DNA of 64,000 bases from a bacterium (GTDB lineage Bacteria; Hinthialibacterota; Hinthialibacteria; Hinthialibacterales; Hinthialibacteraceae): NCBI GenBank assembly GCA_963663405.2, contig CAXXSM010000016.1, forward strand, positions 1 through 64,000, written 5' to 3'. Numbering within the stretch: position 1 is the first letter of the stretch; every line of letters starts with the position of its first letter. The notes beneath the pieces were generated by a model. It worked only from the letters and a program-made list of their open reading frames with translations. It had not been told where the DNA came from and searched no databases. A program made the position numbers and the translations under genes. Positions 55,001 through 64,000 of this stretch are shown here, in pieces.

Positions 55001-56047
55001 ATGAGAAAACATTTCTTAGCCGCCGTGTTAGTATTAACTATTGGACTGGCGGGTGCGCCGTTTGGCGACGCCGCGCCGGTGAGTGACGATTGTACCTTCT
55101 TCGGAAACTGGGCGCTGGCTCTGCCCGGAGACGGAGCGGGTTGGTTAAACGTCCGGAACGATACGGATTTCAGAGGCCGGAAATATTTAGCCGCCGATAT
55201 CCTTTGGTATGGTGGAAGCGTTGTCCCGGTGGGGAGCGTAGGCTATACCGCTGACAATGATAGACTGATTCTCTTCCGATATCGAGATGCGATTCGAGAA
55301 AGGGACGCGTCCGGTAAACCGTCCAAAACCGATTCAGTTCCAACTGTCATTGTCTGTCGAATCCAAGAAGGGGAATTGAATGGGATGATTATTGAGTGTG
55401 ACAACCAAGGAAATATGAGTGAACGCGGTGAATTCACCGGGAAGAAAATCCCACCCGTTCCCCCGGCGCCGGATATGTCTAATTTGAAATATGGCGAACC
55501 GGAAAAGATTTTTAATGGCGAGAACCTCGATGGCTGGGAAAAAATGGGGAATAACAAAAGCGGCTGGTCCGTGGAAGACGGCTGTTTATTCAACAACCCG
55601 GTCCAGGAAAGAGGCAAAGACCACATCTCCTATGCGAACCTAAAAACCACGGATACATTCGAAGATTTCAAACTGACTCTCGAAGTGAACGTCCCTAAAG
55701 GCAGCAACAGCGGGATCTATCTGCGCGGAATTTATGAAGTGCAAGTCGCCGATACTTACGGCCGGGATTTGGATCCCCACAACATGGGCGCAATCTACAG
55801 TCGAATTACCCCTAAAGTCGCCGCTGAAAATCCCGCAGGAGAATGGCAGTCATTGGAGATTATTCTCTGCGACCGTCACGCCAACGTAGTTCTCAATGGA
55901 AAAACCATCATCGAAAACGAACCGCTCCTCGGCTGCACCGGCGGCGCGATCACCGCGGATGAATTTATCCCCGGCCCGATCTATCTCCAAGGCGATCACG
56001 GCGCGGTTAAATACCGCAATGTCGTTCTTACACCGATTTTGAAATAA
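55001..56047 (+). CDS. DUF1080 (3-keto-disaccharide hydrolase-like) protein
   Basis: FNGENLDGW, FEDFKLTLE, NSGIYLRG.YEVQ, GPIYLQGDHG. Confidence 0.9.
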   Translation: MRKHFLAAVLVLTIGLAGAPFGDAAPVSDDCTFFGNWALALPGDGAGWLNVRNDTDFRGRKYLAADILWYGGSVVPVGSVGYTADNDRLILFRYRDAIRERDASGKPSKTDSVPTVIVCRIQEGELNGMIIECDNQGNMSERGEFTGKKIPPVPPAPDMSNLKYGEPEKIFNGENLDGWEKMGNNKSGWSVEDGCLFNNPVQERGKDHISYANLKTTDTFEDFKLTLEVNVPKGSNSGIYLRGIYEVQVADTYGRDLDPHNMGAIYSRITPKVAAENPAGEWQSLEIILCDRHANVVLNGKTIIENEPLLGCTGGAITADEFIPGPIYLQGDHGAVKYRNVVLTPILK

Positions 56048-56073
56048 ACTGGATGGAGTAGAAACGAAAACAA

Positions 56074-56112
56074 TGAAGCCTGCCATTCTTAATTTGGCAG
56101 GCTTCACTTTTT
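56074..56112 (+). terminator. Intrinsic terminator
   Basis: tgaagcctgcca-ttcttaatt-tggcaggcttca followed by cttttt. Confidence 0.8.
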
Positions 56113-56162
56113 ATCCAGCGCGTATGAGTAGATAATAGATGAATCAATAAAGGGAAATTTTC

Positions 56163-56564
56163 ATGTACAAAGAAACAATCACCGTAAAAACCCGGAGCCG
56201 GACGGAATTTGTATCCGTTTCCAATCAAGTACAGGCCGTGATCTCCAAATGGGGAGTGGAAGATGGGATCTGTACTTTATATGTACCACACACGACCGCA
56301 GGTGTGTTCATCAATGAAGGATACGATCCAGCGGTGATGCGGGATGTGGAAGCCGCGTTGGAACGAGCGGTTCCCTGGAACGCCGGATACGCGCATGGGG
56401 AAGGCAACGCCGCGGCGCATATCAAATCGATTCTCGTGGGAAACAGCCAGCAGATTCTCGTAGAAGGCGGACGGCTTCTTTTAGGGCAATGGGAAGAGAT
56501 CTTCTTCGCCGAATTTGACGGAGCCCGGACCCGGCGGTTGATTGTCTCCTTTGTGAGTGGATGA
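56163..56564 (+). CDS. yjbQ: YjbQ/UPF0047 family protein
   Basis: PHTTAG..INE, H.EGNAAAHIKS, LGQWE.IFFAEFDG.R. Confidence 0.92.
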   Translation: MYKETITVKTRSRTEFVSVSNQVQAVISKWGVEDGICTLYVPHTTAGVFINEGYDPAVMRDVEAALERAVPWNAGYAHGEGNAAAHIKSILVGNSQQILVEGGRLLLGQWEEIFFAEFDGARTRRLIVSFVSG

Positions 56565-56568
56565 GAAC

Positions 56569-57720
56569 TTACTTTGAATTATTATTTAAAAGCGGGTTCA
56601 ATTCGTTCCGCAGCCGTTCGGCGTAAAGCGCGTTGCCTTCATCGTATGTATGGATCTCATCATAGAATAATTCTGGACGATCCCGGAGAAACGTTCGGAG
56701 AGATATAAATTGATGAGAGAGATATCTCTCACGCAATCCGATGAACAATTCCTCCACCCGGTCATAAAATTCGCTAAACGCCGCGCTTTCATGAGGCAGC
56801 GGTTGCAGAGCGAAGAAGCCCCGGATTGAGTTGGATTCCATGACATCCGCCATTTTCTTCCAATTCATGATAAATAAATCAGCCGCTTTTTTGATATCGG
56901 CTTTCTCTACGGCCTGATCGGAAGGTTTCGGCAACCGTCTCGCGCCCAGAGCGGCGGTGTAGGACCAATTGGGATTGAGCCGCCGCAGCAGATGAGAGCC
57001 GCAGGTCAAATGCGTAATCAAAGAGAACTCGCGCATTCCTTCCAGAACCGTTGTGGATTGATACCACGCGGCTTCGAGTGTTTTAAAGCCATAGGGATAG
57101 CCCAGCCGGTCATCGAGACTCAACGGAACCAAACAATCGTTGTATCCATCCAAAATAAGTACAACATCCGGATGAAAATCGATTACCTGCGTTACCAAGA
57201 GGATCAGTTCCTGCGTGCTGATGTATCCAGTCATCCCCGCGTTGACTACTTCATACGAAATTGTGGGATTCGGAGGATTGTCTTTTAACAGCGATTCGAG
57301 ATTTCCCGCGATCGTGGTTTCATTGGTTCCGCCGTTGAAGACGACCGATCCCCCAATCATGAACACACGAACGGTCCGTTCTGGTTTTTCCTTGTTTAAT
57401 GGGCCGTACCGGAACCGATAGCGATTGATCCGCGCTTCCCCCCGTTTCGTCCCACCTTCCCGTTGGGGGGATTGAATCTCCATGACGGTGTCCGGTTCCG
57501 CCTGGAGAAAGAGATAGGGAACGAGTTCGCGTTTCAGATGCTCTTCAGGCGCGTTCAAAGCGGGAGACGCGCAATCGTACAAATAAAATGTCAGTTCCAG
57601 CAATCCGAAAAAAAACACTCCCAGCCCCAAACCGGTCATCCCCAGCAGTCCAAACAGCGTCGCCTTTTTCCACCAAGAAGATGAAAGAGAGCGGGTTTGT
57701 TGTGTATCTTTATCATTCAT
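56569..57720 (-). CDS. Membrane-anchored SGNH/GDSL hydrolase
   Basis: MIGGSVVF, NAGMTG, DGYND, DEIH. Confidence 0.82.
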   Translation of the reverse strand: MNDKDTQQTRSLSSSWWKKATLFGLLGMTGLGLGVFFFGLLELTFYLYDCASPALNAPEEHLKRELVPYLFLQAEPDTVMEIQSPQREGGTKRGEARINRYRFRYGPLNKEKPERTVRVFMIGGSVVFNGGTNETTIAGNLESLLKDNPPNPTISYEVVNAGMTGYISTQELILLVTQVIDFHPDVVLILDGYNDCLVPLSLDDRLGYPYGFKTLEAAWYQSTTVLEGMREFSLITHLTCGSHLLRRLNPNWSYTAALGARRLPKPSDQAVEKADIKKAADLFIMNWKKMADVMESNSIRGFFALQPLPHESAAFSEFYDRVEELFIGLRERYLSHQFISLRTFLRDRPELFYDEIHTYDEGNALYAERLRNELNPLLNNNSK

Positions 57721-57941
57721 GTGTGATTTGGTACCTCCATCAATAATACTCGATATATATCGTACTATCTAGAAAGCATGACAGATTACTGTCAAGGCAA
57801 ACCATTCGTCTTACCTATTGACGAAATCTACCAATCGAGTATTTATTGTTGTAAGAATCGAGCGTTGGTAGAAGAGCAAACACACATTCTTTGGCGCCTC
57901 ACACTATTCTTTTAGAAAAAATGGACACATAAGAGATATTT

Positions 57942-59895
57942 ATGATAAAAATATATAGTATGAACATTAATAATCTATTTTTCAAATGTATTGGCCTATT
58001 GCTTTTTCTAGTCGCGATCTCCCCGGTTTGGGCCGGCGGTCCTTTGATTGTCAACGGTGGGAATCCAGTCGTCTGGCCGGAAGAACAAAATCCTATTGTC
58101 TACACACTCGATCAAGGCCGCTTAGGACCATTTAGCAACACGCAGGCAGCCCGAATCGTGAGGAACGCGTTCCGGCAATGGCAGCAAGTGGAAAATTGCG
58201 TCCTGGAATTCGAACAATCCTCAAGTTTATTACCAAACGATATCACGGGCAGCAATTTCAGCGATCTTGAAGATGGGATTCTATCGGGAAACGATGTCCT
58301 AAATCCTATCATTTTCGATGACGACGGTTCGATTATCGAGTTGGTGTTTGGGGGAGAAGACGCAAAGGATCATCTTCTTGGATTCGCATCTCCCTATACA
58401 CGGAACGGTCGCAGTGAAATCGCGGCGGTTGTTGTTGTCTTTAACGGCTATTTTTTAGAGCAATACAACTGGGGGGAAGAAGATTTTCTTCCAACCGTCC
58501 TGCATGAACTCGGTCATTTCGCCGGTCTCGATCATTCGCAGCACGCCCGTCATTTAGCCACCAACCGGTACAGTGGGGACGATCGATACGTCTCCATCAT
58601 GTATCCGATGAGCACGGAATACAACTATACCCGGTCCGCGCTGTCATTCGATGACAAACTTTCGATCACGAATCTGTATCCAAACGCATACCATCGCTTC
58701 TCGATGGGGAACATCGAGGGGACAGTCACGCGGGATGGTCAAAACATGCCGGGCGTGAACGTAATCGCGCGGAAAGTGGATAATCCCCTGGAGATCGAAG
58801 TCTCGACCGTCACAGGGACGTACCGGACCGGGAGCGGAGAATATGAACTCAACGGCCTGCCTCCCGGAAATTACGAACTGATGGTGGAAGCGATTGACGA
58901 ACAATTTACGGATTCATCCAGCGTCGGTCAATACGCCAATTCGTCAAATTCACGATCCTTCCGGAATCCGGTTCGGGCGGAATATTACAACGAAGGAGAT
59001 CAAAATCAGGAAGGACGCAGCGTTTCCTCTCTCGTAACCGTAAGACAATCAAACACCACAACGGGCATCGATGTCGCAGTCGAGTCCGCTTCGATGCCGG
59101 CGGATGAAGATGAGATTTTCCTGCTTGCGATCGGCTCACAAATGATCGGCGCGGTTCCCTCTTCCCGCCGGTCTGTGACAACCTATCTACTTCATCCTTC
59201 TGGAGACGAAGGCCATATTGATTATCCATGTAGAATTTGAAAGCACAATCAGTTACCAAATTACCGTTCGAGGAGAGGATATCAACGGTGAAAACATCGT
59301 AGAAACCGTATCCGGCCGGGGTTCAGAGGAAACCGTCACGATCGGTCCGTCGGGAATCATGCCATTGGAACAAACCCGTTATTTCATTATCGTGAGTAAT
59401 ATCAGTTCCACCAGCAATGCGATACCATTTACCATATCCACTGAAATCAGTAATCCACCAACTCCTACGCCCAGTCACACGGCGACTAGCGCTCCTACAC
59501 CAACACGAACTTCAACGCCAACGAGAATTCCAAGACCGACGTATACGGAAGTTCCCACTAATACGGAAACACCCACAAATACACCTACATCCGAGCCCAC
59601 GAGTACACCCAGACCGACGGCTACGCCTACCCCGATTCAATTGTTAGGCGACGCGAACCGGGATGACAAAATTGATCACTTAGACCTCTTCTCGTTTTCA
59701 ATGGACTGGCAAAAACGCCGATGGCAGCGCACATTTGAGTCCGATCTAATCCGTGACGGATCGCTCGAAATCAATCTTCTTGACCTGCTGACATTCATCG
59801 AATCGTTCCACAATTTCAAATTGGAAGAAATGGAAACGGGGGATTCAAACGCGGCGGCGAAAAAAGAAACTCAATCCTTGCATGACAATCGATGA
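57942..59895 (+). CDS. Exported metzincin (matrixin-like) protease with carboxypeptidase-regulatory-like domain, Pro/Thr linker and dockerin-like tail; frameshift near 59220
   Basis: HELGHFAGLDHS, SIMYP Met-turn, GLPPGNY, (PT)n linker, GDANRDDKIDHLDL. Confidence 0.82.
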
Positions 59896-59924
59896 TATGG
59901 GGATAATTGGTAGTGTTTTTTTAC

Positions 59925-61470
59925 TTAAAACAGTATTAAACCTTCAGCCTTTAGCCGAATCTCCTTCACCCTAAAAATACTGCTCTTTGAGGATCTCTTT
60001 CGGATTTTTCCTGTGGCGGTTTTTGGCATTTGATCGACGAAGGTGAAGTCATCGGGGACTTTGAACTCCGCTAGATGAGAGCGGCAATGTTTGCGCAGAT
60101 CGGAATCGTTGATTGGTCCCTTTCGCTTCCTCCGCCAGGACAATGAACGCATGGGGGATTTCCGTCCGGAGTTTATTCGGTTTCGCTACGACGGCGGCCT
60201 CCGCCACGCCGGGATAACGCAGCAGCGTTTCTTCAATTTCACGCGGGTAGATATTCTCACCGCCGCAGACGATCAAGTCTTTCGAACGCCCGACAATTTG
60301 GATATATCCATCTTCATGTATCTTCGCTAGATCGCCCGTTCGAACCCAGCCTTCTTCAAAAAACGCTTCACGGGTGGCTTCCGGATTTTTGTAATATCCC
60401 AGGCATTACGTTATCGCCCTGGACGCAGAGTTCACCCACGCTTCCCTGCTCAACGGATTGGCCGTCCTCATCACGCACATCGACTTGAATATAGGGAAGT
60501 GAAGGACCTATGGTTCCGATTTTGTTGCATCCGGGAGGATTGACCGCCACGACGGGCGCCGTTTCAGTCAAACCGTAACCCTCCAGCAGCTCATGATCGA
60601 ATTTCTTCTGAAAAGCGCGGCACACATCAACGGGAAGTGGACCACCGCCGGAAACAGCGTATTTTAAATGATGTTTCTCCGCCGCGTCTTTGGGCGCGAA
60701 TCGGGTGATCATGTGAAGAATCGGCGGGACCGCGACAAGGTTGACATTGGATTCTGTAAAGATCGTTTCCAGCGTTTTTTGCGGATTAAATTGGGGATAC
60801 AAAACGACTTTCGAGCCTTTAATCATTGCGCCGAAGACAATCGTCGTCATCGCGTACGTGTGAAACAGAGGCAAGACCAGCGGGAATGTGTCCTTCGGGA
60901 GGAAAATTCAAGAAGCGTTGTAAAACTGATCGGCATTCGCGTAGATGTTTTTATGGGATAACATAACGCCTTTCGGATCTCCAGTGGTTCCGGATGTGTA
61001 GAGGATCATCGCAAGATTGTCTGGATCACCAGAGGGCGCTAGGGGAGAAGGATCGAGCGTCTCCAGCTGCATCATGTCAGAAATGGATAATGGAGTGACA
61101 TCGATCTCCGCCAGTTCCGCGCTCTTGATGGCTTTTTCCTTTAGAATGGGATCGTATAAGAGGAGCGGCGATTCGGCGTGAGTCAATAAAAGCGCCAATT
61201 CTTCCGGATTCAACAATGGATTCAAAGGAACCAGAACATGATCCGTCCCAAGAACGGCGAGCAGACTAAACAGAAAATTGGGGGTATTCGGCGCAGCAGC
61301 AGCGCGATATTTTGTGAGGGTTTCGAGATCCGTCTTCGTAAATCATTCCCCACTACACAGCCCCCTTGTGTAATCTCTCGAAATGTAATCGAACCACCCT
61401 CCCATTGTAACGCGGTCCGATCAAGATGGTTCTCCACCGCTTCTGTAAACATCGTATATAGTTGCATCAC
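59925..61470 (-). CDS. Long-chain acyl-CoA ligase (AMP-binding), several frameshifts
   Basis: [46 protein letters not shown]. Confidence 0.9.
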
Positions 61471-61620
61471 AGTATCCCTTTTCGCAATAACATAAGAATA
61501 ATAGAAGTGTATTAAGATACTCTTTTTTTTTTAATAACGGGAGGGAACTTGTATTGGATTTTATATAGGTTAAAAAAGAGATTTGAGTAAAAACTTATTT
61601 GGGCAGGAATCCAACTTGGA

Positions 61621-62490
61621 TCAGTTTTCGCGCAGATCATTCTCTTCTTCCACTGTCAAATCGCGCAGGGGCGGACGAACGTAGCCAGCGGGAATTCCTT
61701 TTTCACGAAGGCCGAATTTAATATTCGCAAGAACGTTTTCATTGACAGCGGGGGTGATGGTCCGTATGATCGTCTGCTGATGTTTCCAGGCTTCTTCCCA
61801 GTTCCCAGCGCAGGCCGCATTATGAAACGCGACGAACGTTTCCGGCAGCCAGTTTGCGAACGAGGCGACCAAAGCCCGCCCCCCTAAGCGGTAGGCGTCG
61901 TATTCATGCTGATCCATGCCGCAATATACGCGGAATCGTTCATCCTGCAATTGCATCCATCTTGAGAGATTGGTCAGATTTCCGCTCTCTTTGATTCCAC
62001 GGATATTTTCGTATTTTTCTTTCAAATCAGCGACAACCTCAAAGGGAAAATCGTTGGTTGTTCGATCGGGGATGTTATATAAAAAGAGTGGCGTAGATCC
62101 CAGCGCTTCAGCGATGGCCGACATATATTGCGTCATGGCGAGACGATCGCAGTGATAGTACCAGGGCGCCAGCGTCGCGATCGCGTCCACTCCCACCTTC
62201 GCCGCGTAAGTGGCGATATCAATGGTTTCGGGCAGGAGATTGTAACAGGCCTGGATTATAATCTGAGCGCGTCCGGCGGTTTGATCGACGACAACATCAA
62301 TGATGCGCTTACGCTCTTCCGGTGGGATCGATGGCCCTTCCCCTGTCGAGCCGGTAGCGAATAAACCATGAACGCCTTTATCGATCAGATCATCAATCAT
62401 TTGACGTAATGCGGATTCATCAAACGCGGCCCCACCCTTTGTAAATGGGACCGGTAGAGCGGGAAATACACCTTCGAATTTCTTCATTCG
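61621..62490 (-). CDS. DapA/NanA-family aldolase
   Basis: GSTGE, LYNIP, GIKES, RPPL. Confidence 0.9.
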   Translation of the reverse strand, partial: RMKKFEGVFPALPVPFTKGGAAFDESALRQMIDDLIDKGVHGLFATGSTGEGPSIPPEERKRIIDVVVDQTAGRAQIIIQACYNLLPETIDIATYAAKVGVDAIATLAPWYYHCDRLAMTQYMSAIAEALGSTPLFLYNIPDRTTNDFPFEVVADLKEKYENIRGIKESGNLTNLSRWMQLQDERFRVYCGMDQHEYDAYRLGGRALVASFANWLPETFVAFHNAACAGNWEEAWKHQQTIIRTITPAVNENVLANIKFGLREKGIPAGYVRPPLRDLTVEEENDLREN

Positions 62491-62740
62491 TTTCCAATCC
62501 TTTTCTATGGATAACACGTTTTTTTAGTTCTGACAGTTTCAAGAAACAATACCGCTTTAATAGTATACTGGTTGTATATGACATTGGCAGGGATGGTCAT
62601 CCCTTCTCCATTCTTTAAATCTATTTTTACTAAATTTAAACTAAATCATATTCGGAAGAATTTATAGTAAAATCAGGCGTTCAAATATTGGAACTTTTCG
62701 AGAATAATATAAAGAAACTTTGATAGTCTCCGATATATTC

Positions 62741-63058
62741 ATGACAAAACAAAATCAGGTGTTCAAGATGAAAGCACGAGAAGAATATGAAAAATACGTT
62801 CGCTATCTCCGAGAAGCTATCTTTGATTGGTATATTAATTTTCACATAAGAAAGGATTATCCAATTTCTAAAAAAGAAAAAAAAGAGGGCGAGGATTTAT
62901 TTTATAAAATTGAATATCTTCTTGAAGAGTGTTTCTGTGATATGGTTCTATGGAAAAAACTCGACGAAAAACAAATACAAGTGCTAGAAAGCATCCTAAA
63001 AGGAAGAGATCCATCAGACGCATTATATCGAGTTGGGCAAAATATAGGAAATAGCTAA
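62741..63058 (+). CDS. Small AT-rich hypothetical protein
   Basis: ~105-aa open frame in an intergenic-sized gap; no recognisable motif. Confidence 0.45.
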   Translation: MTKQNQVFKMKAREEYEKYVRYLREAIFDWYINFHIRKDYPISKKEKKEGEDLFYKIEYLLEECFCDMVLWKKLDEKQIQVLESILKGRDPSDALYRVGQNIGNS

Positions 63059-63162
63059 GGCTTGTTTTTTACTATTCGTGAAACTGTAACTTTCCGTTTA
63101 AATGCCCACTGGTTTGAGATAGCTACTTACGGCTCGCTGGCTGAGTTCGCGGGATTTGTTAT

Positions 63163-64000
63163 TTAGTATGTATCCACTGGACTTGAAATCTGTGTAATCG
63201 GTTGAATCTCTTCAACAATCCATTCACGCATTCTTTGTCCTTCTGGAGTCTGCTGAGGGGCGGAAATGAATTGAAGGTCTAACTTGAGCCGTTGTTCGAG
63301 CCGGATCGCGAGGATGGGCCAGAGAACGCCAATATCGCCAATAACCGGCAGACTTCCTTCCAACCGCGCGAATCCAGACATCTCCATCCCGGAAGGGAAT
63401 ATCCATCAGTTTTGTCTTGGGGAGTCCCCTGTCGACCGCTTCCTGCACCTTGCTGGATTCACGTTCGAAACGCCATGCACGATCTAAGGCTGGATCGAGA
63501 TCGAAACGAATTAGTTTCTTGTTTTCCAGACTGTATGTGGGTATATCCACCCAATCGGCCCAGATTCCATGCCCGGTATATGTCTCATAAGGACCGTCGT
63601 GGATTTCCTGTGTCAATGCGACAGCAGATTCGATGATGACATCGGCGGAACCGAGCAGGTCCGCGACATGGCGGGCGCGTTGCGTGATGGAAATGCTATC
63701 GCCGATTGATAATCCAACGGCGCCTCCACCGATTAATTGCGGGATCGTCACCAAGACAGGCAGGCCGCGCCGCGCGCCTTGTCCGAGCATGGTCCGTTCA
63801 TCGGCATAGAGACCGGCGGCGGTTTCGAATGGAACTCCTCGTTCCTGCGCTTCCCCCTTCAATTGTTCTGACACGCGCTCGATCCATAAACCCATTGGAT
63901 ACGCCATATTGCCGGCGGCTTTAATGATCACGGCGCCTTCGGCTTTTTCCCCAGCGGTCAGCAGATCCCAATCAAGAGGCAGTTCCGATTCGAGAGCGGT
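63163..64000 (-). CDS. Conserved-looking hypothetical protein (partial, frameshift near 63390)
   Basis: Long open frame GLPVLVTIPQLIGGG..ADVIIESAVALTQEIHDGPYETYTGHGIW continuing into MEMSGFARLEGSLPVIGDIG. Confidence 0.6.

Noticed and set aside
57791-57830. c-di-GMP-I riboswitch-like GGCAAACCATTCG
   Set aside because: Lacks the GNRA tetraloop, the complementary strand and the GACGCAAAG continuation

Overview
Bacterial chromosomal window containing dnaA (32806-34182) and a probable oriC upstream of it, tRNA-Glu(CTC), tgt, rbsK, xylA, many carbohydrate-processing and exported enzymes, an AT-rich glycosylation island, a BlaI/BlaR1(M56)-Kelch pair, a sigma54-type porin/PDC-sensor/MCP operon and two type IV prepilin-like paralogs. 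The protein style (prepilin paralogs with an SNGLxSNG motif, exported proteins ending in W-x-L-aromatic, dockerin-like tails) suggests a Hinthialibacterota(OLB16)/Sumerlaeota-like lineage; this is inference only. About 0.4-22 kb and 52.8-63.4 kb carry many single-base frameshifts that look like long-read consensus errors. Most notable: (1) a dispersed non-palindromic element TTGTCTGAATC+(GGAT-N5)n that forms inverted pairs with co-varying arms, supplies a stop codon, and brackets the glycosylation island as direct repeats; (2) a shared C-terminal W-x-L-[FYHM] tail on four unrelated proteins, most apparently extracytoplasmic, a candidate sorting signal; (3) an orphan phage baseplate-hub-like gene inside repeat mosaics; (4) an unannotated bL37-like ribosomal protein gene; (5) a secreted LIM-like/DA1-like peptidase.
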